Source: an uncultured Actinomycetes bacterium (GTDB lineage: Bacteria; Actinomycetota; Thermoleophilia; Gaiellales; Gaiellaceae). From it: a stretch of DNA of 64,000 bases. Below are positions 9,504 to 18,720 of the stretch, in pieces. The DNA lies in assembly GCA_963842575.1 (NCBI GenBank), contig CAWJGS010000010.1, positions 422,871 through 486,870 of the forward strand. Direction: 5' to 3'. Below the pieces are notes generated by a model. It made no database searches and had not been told where the DNA came from. It saw only the letters and a program-made list of their open reading frames with translations. How positions within the stretch are numbered: position 1 is the first letter of the stretch; every line of letters starts with the position of its first letter. Both the position numbers and the translations under genes were made by a program.

Positions 9504-10611
9504 ATGAGCGACGGCGAGGAATTCGCGGAGCGGCAGCTCAGCCGCGACAAGCTCCTGAGGATCGCGGCAGCGGCGGGCGGAGCGGTGCTCCTCCCCGGCT
9601 CGCTCGCGGCGGCGGCGAAGGCACTCACGGCCGAGTCGGGCCGCCTGCAGGTGCTCGACTGGGCGGGGTACGGCAACGACGGCGGGCAGTCGATGTTCGC
9701 CGCTTACGTCAAGGCGCACCCGAGCAACAAGCCGCAGTTCACCGTCATGGCCAACGAGTCGGACGCGCTGGCGAAGCTCCACGCCGGGCTCAAGCCCGAC
9801 CTCTTCCGCCCGTACGTCGGGTGGGTCAAGTACTTCGCCACGAGCGGGCTCGTCGAGCCGTGGAATCCGAAGCTCCTCAAGAACTTCAAGCACCTGAACC
9901 CGTTCATGGTCAAGGCGGGCCAGTACAAGGGGAAGCAGTACGGAATCCCGAACGACTGGGGTTTCGACGCCATCCTCTACCGCAGCGACAAGGTCCACCC
10001 GAAATCGCAAGTCGTGGAACCTCATCTTCGACGACCGCTACAAGGGCCGGATCTCCTGGTTCGACGACCTGAACATGCTCACCATCGCCGGGCTGTACCT
10101 CGGCTTCCCCCGGCCCTGGCAGCAGACGGACGAGCAGCTCAAGCGCTCGCAGGATCTCCTGATCAAGAAGAAGAAGAACGTGCGCCTGATCTGGTCGTCC
10201 GAGACGAACCTCTGGGAGGCCTTCGGGTCGGGAGATCTCTGGATCGCCTACGCCTGGCCGAACGACTGGGTGCAGATGAAGAAGAAGAAGCTGAAGGTGA
10301 TCTACATGCGGCCCAAGGAGAAGCCGATCGCCTGGGTCGGGATGTTCATGCGCATCAAGGGGACGCCGCGGCCGAAGCTGGCCCACGCATACGTCGACGC
10401 ATGGAGCTCGAAGGCGTCGGGCAAGTGGCTGGAGGACAACTACGGCTACGGGCACGCCAACACGCTCGCGCGGCCCACGTCCAGCGACCTCCTCCGTGCG
10501 CTGCGGCTGACCAACCTGCGCGCGGTCACCGAGCCGAACGCGCACCTCGACCGTGACATCCCGCGCCGGGCGGTCTACGCGCGGATGTGGGAGCAGGTGA
10601 AGGCTTCGTAG
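9504..10611 (+). pseudogene. ABC transporter periplasmic binding protein (PotD/PotF-like), frameshifted near 10005
   Basis: Frame 0 reads ...GIPNDWGFDAILYRSDKVHPK. The protein then continues in frame +1 as KSWNLIFDDRYKGRISWFDDLNMLTIAGLYLG...WEQVKAS. Both halves are typical of the family. Confidence 0.75.
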
Positions 10612-10618
10612 CGATCCC

Positions 10619-11512
10619 GTGACCGACCTCGTTTCGCCGGCGCCACGCCGGCGCCGGATCGACCTGACGACGCCGAGCCTGCTGGGGCTGCCCCTGGCGT
10701 GGCTCGGCGTCTTCTTCCTCGCGCCGATCGCGATCGTCCTGCTGTACAGCTTCAACGTCTACTCGCTCTTTCCGGGCGAGCAGGGCTTCACGCTGAAGGC
10801 CTGGCACGACTTCTTCCACGGCTCGCTCTACCTGAAGCTGTTCTGGAAGTCGGTGCAGATGTCGCTGATCGTCTCGGCGATCACCGTCGTCCTCGCCTAC
10901 CCGCTCGCGTACTTCCTCGCGTTGTCGGGGACAAAGCGGAAGTACGTCCTCCTGCTGCTGCTGATCGCGCCGTTCTTGACCAGCTACCTGCTGCGCGTGC
11001 TGGCGTGGAAGGTGATCCTCGGGGACCAGGGCGTCATCAACACCTTCTTCTCCTGGGTGGGGATCACCGACGCGGACCACCCCATCTCGCAGCTCCTGTA
11101 CAGCCGGTTCGCAGTCATCCTCGTCCTCATCTACATCTGGCTGCCGTTCGTGGCCCTGCCGATCTTCGTCTCGCTCGAGAACCTCGACCGGCGGATGCTC
11201 GAGGCGGCGACCGACCTCGGCGCGAGCCGACTGCAGGCCTTCCTGCGGGTGACGCTGCCGCTGTCGTTGCCGGGCGTCGTGGCCGCATTCCTGTTCGTCT
11301 TCATCCCGACGCTCGGCGAGTTCGTGACGCCGTCGCTGGTCGGGGGCGTCACCGGCTACATGTACGGCAACCAGATCGTCGACCTGTTCAGCACGGGCTT
11401 CCCCGACTGGCAGACGGGAGCGGTGCTCTCGATCTTCCTCCTGGGGATCGTCGCTGCTCTCACCGTCGTCTTCGCCCGCTTTCTCCAGCCCAAACAGGTG
11501 ACGGCGGACTGA
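10619..11512 (+). CDS. ABC transporter permease (PotB-like)
   Basis: Six TM segments. The EAA-type loop LEAATDLGASRLQAFLRVTLPLSLPG is present. Confidence 0.85.
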   Translation: MTDLVSPAPRRRRIDLTTPSLLGLPLAWLGVFFLAPIAIVLLYSFNVYSLFPGEQGFTLKAWHDFFHGSLYLKLFWKSVQMSLIVSAITVVLAYPLAYFLALSGTKRKYVLLLLLIAPFLTSYLLRVLAWKVILGDQGVINTFFSWVGITDADHPISQLLYSRFAVILVLIYIWLPFVALPIFVSLENLDRRMLEAATDLGASRLQAFLRVTLPLSLPGVVAAFLFVFIPTLGEFVTPSLVGGVTGYMYGNQIVDLFSTGFPDWQTGAVLSIFLLGIVAALTVVFARFLQPKQVTAD

Positions 11513-12325
11513 TGGACGTCGCGCTCTCCCGGCCGGGGAAGTGGGTGCTGCGCGTGTTCTTCGGCGCCGTCGTCGCGTTTCTGTACGCGCCGATCGTGAT
11601 CCTGCTGATCTTCTCGTTCAACGACTCGGACGTGCCGTCGTTCCCGCTGGCCGGCTTCACGCTTGCACTGGTACCGCCAGTTCCTCGCGAACGGCGAGCT
11701 GCACAACGCGCTCGCGACGAGCGCGATCGTCGCGTCGCTGTCGAGCCTGGGAGCGGTCGTGCTCGGGATCCTGGCCTCGATCGCGCTGACGCGCCGTCGC
11801 TTCCGGCTGAAGGCCGGCGTATCCGCGCTTCTCCTCAGCCCGCTCGTGATCCCTTACGTCGTCTTCGGCGTCTCGCTGCTGCTGCTCTTTCACACGCTGG
11901 GGGTCCCGCGTTCGATCCTCACCGTCGTCATCGGGCACATCGTCATCACGCTTCCGTACACGATCCTCGTGCTCCTGCCGCGGATGCAGCAGATCGACGT
12001 GTCGCTCGAGGAGGCCGCGTTCGACCTCGGCGCGAGCCGGCTGAGGACGTTTCGGTCGATCACGCTCCCGCTGATCCTGCCCGCGGTCGTCTCCGCGTTC
12101 CTGATCGCGTTCACGACCTCGTTCGACGAGTACGCCGTCGCGTCGTTCGTAGTCGGCTCGCGGACGACGTTCCCGATCTACCTCTACTCCGCGCTGCGCT
12201 TCCCCAGCCAGCTGCCGCAGGTGATCGCGGTCGCCGTCGTGGTCATCGTCATCTCGCTCGCCGTCGTGGTCGCCGCGGAAGTCGGCCGCCGCGCCTTCGA
12301 GCGGCGCGTCGCGGTCGAGAGCTAG
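11512..12325 (+). pseudogene. ABC transporter permease (PotC-like), frameshifted near 11663
   Basis: ATGA overlap with the upstream permease. MDVALSRPGKWVLRVFFGAVVAFLYAPIVILLIFSFNDSDVPSFPLAGFT is followed by one extra base, then (L)HWYRQFLANGELHNAL...EEAAFDLGASRLRTFRSITLP. Confidence 0.75.
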
Positions 12326-13410
12326 AGAAGCGCCGCGTCCTCGGAGTCCCAGGAGACTGCGACCCGGGCGCCTTGCTCCAGGTGGGGTAGCTCCTCGTCC
12401 GCGAGCCGGTGCGCGACGACGCGGCCGACCGGCGTCTCGACGTGGAACTGCGTGTACATGCCGAGGTAGACGATCTCGGCGAGCGTCCCTGTCAGCCGCG
12501 AGCCGCCGTTCGGTTCCCTCGCGCCGGGCAGAGCGATGTGTACCTGCTCGGGGCGCACGGCGATCCTGAGCGACTCGCCCGTCTTGACGCCGCCGTCGAC
12601 CGGGACGACAAGCCGCTCCCCCTCCCCCACGCGCATCATCGCGAAGCTCCCGACGAGCTCGTCCGCGCGGAGATCGAGCGCGTTGAGCGAGCCGATGAAG
12701 TCCGCCACGAACGGCGACTCGGGACGCTCGTAGATCTCCCGCGGGCTCCCGAGCTGCTCGACGCGGCCGCCGTTCATGACGGCGATCCGGTCGGACATCG
12801 CTAGCGCCTCCTCCTGGTCGTGCGTCACGTAGACGAAGGTCGTCCCCAGTTCCGCCTGGATCCGCTTGAGCTCGCGCTGCATGTGCTTGCGGAGCTTCAC
12901 GTCGAGCGCGCCCAGCGGCTCGTCGAGAAGGAGCGCTGCCGGCTCCTTCACGAGCGCCCGGGCGAGCGCGACGCGCTGCTGCTGCCCGCCGGAGAGCTGG
13001 CGGATGCGGCGCTTCTCCATCCCCTCGAGCTCGACGACCTGCAGGAGACGGACGATGCGGTCGCGGTGCTCGGCGCGCGGGACGCCCGAGACCTTGAGCC
13101 CGAACGCGACGTTGTCGTAGACGGACATGTGTGGGAAGAGCGCGTAGTGCTGGAAGACCATGTTCAGGGGCCGGCGGTTGGGCGGGACGGTGGTGACGTC
13201 CTGACCCTGGAGGACGATGCGCCCCTCGTCCGGCTGCTCGAAGCCGGCGATCATCCGCAGCGTCGTCGTCTTGCCGCAGCCGCTCGGGCCGAGGAGCGAG
13301 AAGAACTCGCCCTCGCCGATCGAAAGCGACACGTCGTCGACGGCTGCGGTCTTACCGAAGCGCTTGGTCACGCGCTCCAGCGCGATCGCGACGCTTGTTC
13401 CATCTGACAT
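12322..13410 (-). CDS. ABC transporter ATP-binding protein (PotA-like, with C-terminal TOBE-type domain)
   Basis: Walker A GPSGCGKTT, signature LSGGQQQRVALARAL and Walker B LLLDEPLGALD. It is convergent with the permeases and overlaps them by 4 nt. Confidence 0.85.
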   Translation of the reverse strand: MSDGTSVAIALERVTKRFGKTAAVDDVSLSIGEGEFFSLLGPSGCGKTTTLRMIAGFEQPDEGRIVLQGQDVTTVPPNRRPLNMVFQHYALFPHMSVYDNVAFGLKVSGVPRAEHRDRIVRLLQVVELEGMEKRRIRQLSGGQQQRVALARALVKEPAALLLDEPLGALDVKLRKHMQRELKRIQAELGTTFVYVTHDQEEALAMSDRIAVMNGGRVEQLGSPREIYERPESPFVADFIGSLNALDLRADELVGSFAMMRVGEGERLVVPVDGGVKTGESLRIAVRPEQVHIALPGAREPNGGSRLTGTLAEIVYLGMYTQFHVETPVGRVVAHRLADEELPHLEQGARVAVSWDSEDAALL

Positions 13411-13467
13411 GCGCGCGAGTCTATTCCGGCTCGAATCGGTAAGGCGCCGGACGGAACGCGGACGAAG

Positions 13468-14886
13468 CTAGGCGGAGCGCGGCGGTGTGCCGCCGGGAAG
13501 GCGGAGCGCCGCGACGAGTCCGATCAGCCCGAACACGGCGAGCGACGTCAGAGCCCAGGCGTACGGGCCGAACCCGCTGGCGACGGCTGAGACGAGGATG
13601 GTGCCGGCGATCGCGGTGCCGAACGAGGAGCCGAGGTTGGAGACGCTCCGCGACAGCCCCGAGATCTCGCCTTGCAGCTCCTCGGGGAAGCTCGACTGCA
13701 CGACGTTCACGGAGGGAGTCAGCATCGTGCCCACGCCGAGGCCGATCAGCAGCAGCCCGGGCACGAACGCCCAGATGCTGTCCGAGGCACGGACGAGGCC
13801 GAGCAGGAGCACGAGCCCGACCAGGGTGACGACGAAGCCGGCGACGATCAGCGTCTTCTGCGAGAACCGATTCGCGAGTCGCTTGGCGGAGAGGGACGAG
13901 ACGAGGATGCCGACCGTCGCCGCGGTGAAGACGACGCCCGTCTTGATCGCGCTGTAGCCGCGAACCTCCTGCAGGAAGACCGAGACGACAAACGAGGTCC
14001 CCAGGAGCATCAGCCACTGGATGTTCTGGGTGACCAGCGCGAGGTTGCACGTCCGGTTCTTGAACAGCCTGGTCGAGAGCAGCGCCTCCTTCCCCGCCCG
14101 CTCCCGGGAGCGGATGAAGAGGAAGAACGCCAGCAGGAAGGCCGCTCCGACCACGAGGAAGATCACGAGGAGGGTGTTGTTGGTGCCGGCCTGAAGGATC
14201 CCGAAAACGATGCAGAACATGCCGACCGCCGACAGGATCGCCCCGATCAGGTCGAACGGGCGGGTCGGATCGGCCTTGAGCGGATCTTCGAGGCGGCGGC
14301 TGAGCAGGACGATCACGGCGACGACGAGGGCCTGGAAGACGAACGCGGCGCGCCAGCTGATCGCCGTGGTGATCAAGCCTCCGATCAGAGGCCCCGCCGC
14401 CGCGCCGATGCCCCCGAGCCCGCTGATCACGCCGAACGCCCACGCACGTGAGGTGAGGTCGGTGAACCACAGCGTGGCGAGGATGTAGACCGGCGGAATC
14501 AGGAGCGCAGTGCCGATGCCCTCGAGCACCGAGTTGCCGAGGATCAGCACCCCGAGGTTGGGCGACACCGCGCTGACGAGAGCGCCGATCCCGTACAACG
14601 TCAGCCCCAGCATGAAGCACCGCTTGCGGCCCCAGCGGTCGGTCAGCTTGCTGCACGGGATCATGAGGACGGCCATGATCAGCAGGAACAACGTGATCGC
14701 GGTCTGCACGCCCTTGACGGTCGTGTCCAGGTCCTCGCTGATGTCGTTGATCATCACGTTCATGTTCGAGCCCGCGAAACTGCAGATGAACTGGGCGAGC
14801 GCGAGCGGAAGGATCAGGCGTCGCGCCGCAGCGACCGGACGCTGGAGAGCCGGGGTCTCGCTCGGGGCGACCGGAACATCAGTCAC
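13468..14886 (-). CDS. MFS transporter, 14-TM DHA2 (EmrB/QacA-like) type
   Basis: 472 aa and highly hydrophobic, with the MFS motif LTDRWGRKR after TM2. Confidence 0.8.
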   Translation of the reverse strand: MTDVPVAPSETPALQRPVAAARRLILPLALAQFICSFAGSNMNVMINDISEDLDTTVKGVQTAITLFLLIMAVLMIPCSKLTDRWGRKRCFMLGLTLYGIGALVSAVSPNLGVLILGNSVLEGIGTALLIPPVYILATLWFTDLTSRAWAFGVISGLGGIGAAAGPLIGGLITTAISWRAAFVFQALVVAVIVLLSRRLEDPLKADPTRPFDLIGAILSAVGMFCIVFGILQAGTNNTLLVIFLVVGAAFLLAFFLFIRSRERAGKEALLSTRLFKNRTCNLALVTQNIQWLMLLGTSFVVSVFLQEVRGYSAIKTGVVFTAATVGILVSSLSAKRLANRFSQKTLIVAGFVVTLVGLVLLLGLVRASDSIWAFVPGLLLIGLGVGTMLTPSVNVVQSSFPEELQGEISGLSRSVSNLGSSFGTAIAGTILVSAVASGFGPYAWALTSLAVFGLIGLVAALRLPGGTPPRSA

Positions 14887-14982
14887 CTGGCTCCGCCCTT
14901 TTCCTCCACGTAGTGAGTGCGGATGCCGTTGACCTCGGCAAACCGGTACCCAAGGTGGGTGAAACCGCTGGTTCGCAACGGC

Positions 14983-15261
14983 TCAGTCGGCGCCCCGCCG
15001 CCCGTAGGCGCCGCCGCCGTAGGAGACCAAGTCGGCGAATACCGCCAGGATCACGAAGATCCATTCCCAGCCGGTGACTCCACGCCCGCCCGTGTTCCAG
15101 AAGATCACGTACGCGAGCGTCGTCACCGGAAGGAAGATGACGCCCAGAATCGGCCAGATGATCGGGCCGAAGGCGCGATCGACCCAGGGCGTGAAGATCC
15201 ACATCAGCACCACCGCCAGCCGCGGCGAGAGCGCTGCGATCAGCAGGAACAGGCATCCCAT
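14983..15261 (-). CDS. Small 3-TM membrane protein, function unknown
   Basis: ATG at 15261 (MGCLFLLIAALSPRLAVVLMWIF...). The upstream part of the track ORF is not protein-like. Confidence 0.5.
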   Translation of the reverse strand: MGCLFLLIAALSPRLAVVLMWIFTPWVDRAFGPIIWPILGVIFLPVTTLAYVIFWNTGGRGVTGWEWIFVILAVFADLVSYGGGAYGRRGAD

Positions 15262-15415
15262 CCGAGCGTCCTTTCTCACGCCCGACCCGGCGGGCCGAGC
15301 GAGCAGAGTCTCCCACACGGCGTGGTGAGCCGTGTGACGCCCTAGCCCTCGATTCTGAGCTTCGGGGGCTACTTGCTGATGACGACTCAACCGGCTTTGT
15401 GCAGGTCGTGACGAT

Positions 15416-17707
15416 TTGGGATACGTTGGCCGGTGCGTGAGATTTCGTGCAGTTTCCGGTGACGTGCTCGTCAGCGTGCGTCGATGGCGACGCGCGGTGC
15501 TTGCGGCAGCCCTGGCCGCGATTGTGTTCGGTCTACTCGTTCTCTCGCCCGCGCCCGTGGCCTCGGGCGCCGCTTCGGGTTCGCAGGTGACGGTCTGTGA
15601 CTACGACCATTTGCTTGCTGCGATAGACGCCGCCGCTGGCGACACGGTCACCTTTGCCTGTAGCGGCACGATCACGGTGTCTCCGCCGATCACCGTGGCG
15701 AGCGGGCAGCAGGTGTCGCTCGACTCCACGGGGCAGGCAGTCGTCCTGCACGGGAGCTCGGACCGGATCTTCGACGTCGAAGGCGGGACGCTCGTGTTGA
15801 CGGGATCCTCGGGCGGGAACCTGGTCTTGAGGGGTGGCAGCCGCACCGGGTCGCCGGCTATGGGTGGAGCGATCTTCATCGCGTCGGGGTCGACGGCCGA
15901 GCTGAGCTACGTCACCGTCAAGGACAGCCTTGCGGTTGGCGATGCTGGGGACGCTTACCAACCCGGCGGCGGCGCATCCGGTGGGGCGATCTACAACGAC
16001 GGCTCGCTGACAGTGAGCCACTCGCTCTTCGTGCGCGATGGTGCCGTTGCGGGCGACAGCAGTCTCGACGGGGTCGGCGGCGACGCGTCCGGCGGGGCGA
16101 TCTTCAACGACGGAAGCCTCGAGCTGGGCCTGGATGTGTCGTTCTCCGGCGACTATGTCAGCGGCGGACGCGGCGGCGCCGGCGGCGTCGGCCAACCCGA
16201 TGGGGGGGTTGGCGGGGTCGACGAAGACGTGTCTTACACAAAGGGCGGCACCGGGGACACCGGCGGGCACGGCGGCTCAGCGTTCGGTGGGGCGATCTTC
16301 AACGGCGGCACGTTGACCGCGATCTCGACACCGGTGTTCTCGGGTAACTCCGCGGGCGGCGGCGCCGGCGGCAACGGCGGCGCCGGCGGCCGAGGCATGG
16401 ACGCCGGGGGGTGCGTCACCGGGGCCTTAGGGGGGATCGGCGGCGACGGCGGCGACGGCGGCTCCGGGGGCGACGGAGGGGACGGCAAAGGCGGCGCCCT
16501 CTACACGACCGGCGACCAGATCGCCGCGACGTTCAGCGGCAACACAGTCGACGGCGGAAGCGGCGGAGATGGCGGGCCGGGCGGGGCCGGCGGCGCAGCA
16601 GGTGTTGACCCCAACCCGCGCGGAACATGCAGTCCTGCCGAACCGGGAGACGACGGGGAGCAGGGCCCCTGGGGGCAGTACGGTGCTTTCCAGGAACCCG
16701 ATATGTACGCAAACTGCTCGCCGTGCGCCGCCCCCGTCACGACGAGCACACTCTCGCCTCCGAGCCCGACCGGCTCGAACGGTTGGTACACCGCACCCGT
16801 GCATGTGACGCTTTCCGCGACCGCTGGCGGCTCGGGCGTGGCCGAGACGCGGTGCGTGGTGAATCCGGCGGTTCTCCCGTCCACGTTCGACGATTTGCCC
16901 ACGGGCTGCGCGTTCACCGGCGGCGGAAGAGACTTCGAGCGCGGGCAGCACACGCTGTACTTCGCAAGCGACGACCACTTCGGCAACAAGGAGTCAGTCC
17001 GAAGTGTCGCAATCAGGATCGACCGGACGCCGCCCAGCGCGTCGCTCACACCGAGCGGGACGCTGGGCTCGAACGGCTGGTACCTCTCCTCGGTGAACGT
17101 GCACACGTCGGGCACTGATCCCGCCAGCGGAGTTGCGGGCTGCACGCCCGACCAGTCGTTCACGAGCGAAACCGCCGGCACGGTCGTCAACGGCTCCTGC
17201 ACCGACGACGCCGGCCTGGTCGGAAACGCGCCGCCGCTGATGATCGGCATCGACAAGACAGCACCGACGGCGGCGATCTCGATCTCACCGGCGAGTCCTG
17301 ACGGCGTGGAGGGCTGGTACAAGAGCGCGCCGCGCCTGCTCGCCACCGGCACGGAATTCGAGGGGATCGCCCACGCTCAGGCGGTGCACGGCGCGCACGG
17401 CGCCGGGTGCTCAACGCACGATTCGAGATCTGTGGTACGCTCGGACGAAGACCGCACTAGGACGAACCTGGACAAGGGCCGCGGAGGCGGGCTTTGCCCG
17501 CCTCCGCAAGATGCGCCGCTACTTCAGAGACACCCCCGCCGAAAATTGGAGCGCCGCGGAGCGGGCCGCGAGATTTTCGGCGGCTATGGAGGCGGCGGGA
17601 ATCGAACCCGCGTCCGTGGGCGCACCGGTCAGAGCGTCTACAGGCTTAGCTCACGCTTTGGGTTTCGCCCGGACGGCCGGTGCGTGAGCCGCCTACCGCC
17701 GGGCTAG
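15416..17707 (+). CDS. Large secreted protein: Pmp-type parallel beta-helix repeats, a PGRS-like poly-Gly tract, and three GWY Ig-like modules. The 3' end is unreliable because it runs into ssrA.
   Basis: Signal peptide AAALAAIVFGLLVLSPAPVASG. GGAI/FxxN-type repeats include GGAIFIASGS, GGAIYNDGSLTV, GGAIFNDGSLEL and GGAIFNGGTLTA. The Gly tract is GGGAGGNGGAGGRG...GGIGGDGGDGGSGGDGGDGKGG. The three Ig-like modules are SNGWYTAPVHVTLSA, SNGWYLSSVNVHTSGTD and VEGWYKSAP. The last 121 nt overlap the tmRNA gene on the other strand. Confidence 0.65.
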   Translation: MGYVGRCVRFRAVSGDVLVSVRRWRRAVLAAALAAIVFGLLVLSPAPVASGAASGSQVTVCDYDHLLAAIDAAAGDTVTFACSGTITVSPPITVASGQQVSLDSTGQAVVLHGSSDRIFDVEGGTLVLTGSSGGNLVLRGGSRTGSPAMGGAIFIASGSTAELSYVTVKDSLAVGDAGDAYQPGGGASGGAIYNDGSLTVSHSLFVRDGAVAGDSSLDGVGGDASGGAIFNDGSLELGLDVSFSGDYVSGGRGGAGGVGQPDGGVGGVDEDVSYTKGGTGDTGGHGGSAFGGAIFNGGTLTAISTPVFSGNSAGGGAGGNGGAGGRGMDAGGCVTGALGGIGGDGGDGGSGGDGGDGKGGALYTTGDQIAATFSGNTVDGGSGGDGGPGGAGGAAGVDPNPRGTCSPAEPGDDGEQGPWGQYGAFQEPDMYANCSPCAAPVTTSTLSPPSPTGSNGWYTAPVHVTLSATAGGSGVAETRCVVNPAVLPSTFDDLPTGCAFTGGGRDFERGQHTLYFASDDHFGNKESVRSVAIRIDRTPPSASLTPSGTLGSNGWYLSSVNVHTSGTDPASGVAGCTPDQSFTSETAGTVVNGSCTDDAGLVGNAPPLMIGIDKTAPTAAISISPASPDGVEGWYKSAPRLLATGTEFEGIAHAQAVHGAHGAGCSTHDSRSVVRSDEDRTRTNLDKGRGGGLCPPPQDAPLLQRHPRRKLERRGAGREIFGGYGGGGNRTRVRGRTGQSVYRLSSRFGFRPDGRCVSRLPPG
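17481..17507. terminator. Perfect GC-rich hairpin between the Pmp-like gene and ssrA; candidate factor-independent terminator without a U-tract
   Basis: GCGGAGGCGGGC TTT GCCCGCCTCCGC forms 12-nt perfect arms. A second inverted repeat, CCGCCGAAAAT (26 nt) ATTTTCGGCGG at 17536-17583, abuts the tmRNA 3' end. Confidence 0.45.
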
Positions 17708-17945
17708 CCATCCTTCGGTGTCGCGCCTCAGGCGATTGGCTCTCCCTTGGCGCCGAGCCCGTTTTCTGGCGCCGCTACCCGAACCACGGGCCGAGTTCGG
17801 AGCGACGTCGCTACCTAGTTCTAGGCAGCGAGTGCGAGATCGTTCTTCGCACTTGCGTTTTTCCCGGTTGTTTTACGAGGCCGACCGGGGACCTCGACCT
17901 GCGACTCTGCCGGAGAACCGACCACGTCGAAACCTGGTCGCCCCC
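17587..17945 (-). ncRNA. ssrA: tmRNA (transfer-messenger RNA)
   Basis: The 5' end is GGGGGCGACCAGGTTTCGACG and the 3' end is GGGTTCGATTCCCGCCGCCTCCA. They form an acceptor stem with the G3:U pair that marks alanine identity. The tag reading frame at 17856-17821 is GCA AGT GCG AAG AAC GAT CTC GCA CTC GCT GCC TAG, giving (AS)AKNDLALAA. smpB lies 2.2 kb away. Confidence 0.92.
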
Positions 17946-17973
17946 GTATGTTTGTCCCGCAAATTGTAGCCGT

Positions 17974-18702
17974 CTACCGGCGCCACCAGCGGCGGCGGCG
18001 CGGAGGCCGGTCTTGCTCGCCGGCCTCGATCTTGCTCGCCGCGCTCTCCATCTGGCGCTCGAGCTGACGCTCGACGAAGTCGGTGATCCGCGTCTCGAAG
18101 GAGGCGGCCATCGCCTCTGCCCGCGACCCGGGCTCGCCGGGCGACGCATCGGCGGTCTTCAACGGCCGTTTCTCGCGCGGCTGCTCGTCGAGCGAGAGTT
18201 GGAAGATCCGCTCGTGCTGGATGTCCTTGAGGTTCTGCTGCCCGAGATCGAGGACCGAGGCGCCTGTCGGCAGGGCGTTCCCCAGTAGCGCGCGCGTCGT
18301 CTCCGACAGGAGGATCTGGCCGCCGTGGCCGGCCGAGCAGATGCGCGCCGCGCGCACGACGTCTATCCCGACGTAGCCGTGCTCGCCCAGCTGCGGCTCG
18401 CCGGTGTGCAGTCCCATCCGCACCCGCACCTGTGCGCCTCCCGGCCATTCGTGGCCGGCGAGCGCGCGCTGGGCCTCCACCGCGGCGTCGGCCGCATCCT
18501 TCGCGCGCGGGAACGAGAAGAAGAACGCGTCGCCCTGGGTGTCGATCTCGGTTCCGCCGTGGCCCTCCATCGCGCCGCGCATGATCCGGCGGTGGTCGCC
18601 CACGACCTGCGCGTATTCGTCTCCGAGCTCCTGCAGCAGCCGCGTGGAGCCTTCGATGTCGCTGAAGAGGAACGTGACCGTGCCGCCGGGAAACGAGGAC
18701 AT
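17974..18702 (-). CDS. Class III adenylate/guanylate cyclase domain protein
   Basis: ATG at 18702. Diagnostic segments are MSSFPGGTVTFLFSDIEGSTRL, GTEIDTQGDAFFFSF, VRMGLHTGE and GIDVVRAARICSAGHGGQILLS. Confidence 0.85.
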   Translation of the reverse strand: MSSFPGGTVTFLFSDIEGSTRLLQELGDEYAQVVGDHRRIMRGAMEGHGGTEIDTQGDAFFFSFPRAKDAADAAVEAQRALAGHEWPGGAQVRVRMGLHTGEPQLGEHGYVGIDVVRAARICSAGHGGQILLSETTRALLGNALPTGASVLDLGQQNLKDIQHERIFQLSLDEQPREKRPLKTADASPGEPGSRAEAMAASFETRITDFVERQLERQMESAASKIEAGEQDRPPRRRRWWRR

Positions 18703-18720
18703 GCGCGCAAGAATAGGCCC

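Noticed and set aside
9504-9620. A twin-arginine (Tat) signal on the PotD-like binding protein
   Set aside because: The motif reads LSRDKLLRIAAAAG, which lacks the RR pair. It is only a generic signal-like region.
8466-10025. 519-aa minus-strand ORF, and the 5' extensions of ORFs 8489..9676, 17974..19302, 18325..19641 and 19636..21159
   Set aside because: The upstream portions are Arg/Pro-rich, overlap neighbouring genes, and lack homology-like motifs. Internal start codons give proteins of the expected family length.
10699-12390. 563-aa plus-strand ORF spanning both permease genes
   Set aside because: It is extremely Arg/Pro/Ala-rich and off-frame. Only a short stretch (11512 to about 11660) coincides with the true PotC-like N-terminus, before the frameshift.
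13468-17587. A genomic island integrated at the 3' end of ssrA
   Set aside because: No integrase, no duplicated ssrA 3' segment and no clear compositional break were seen downstream of the tmRNA. Only the truncated-looking end of the Pmp-like gene hints at a past event.
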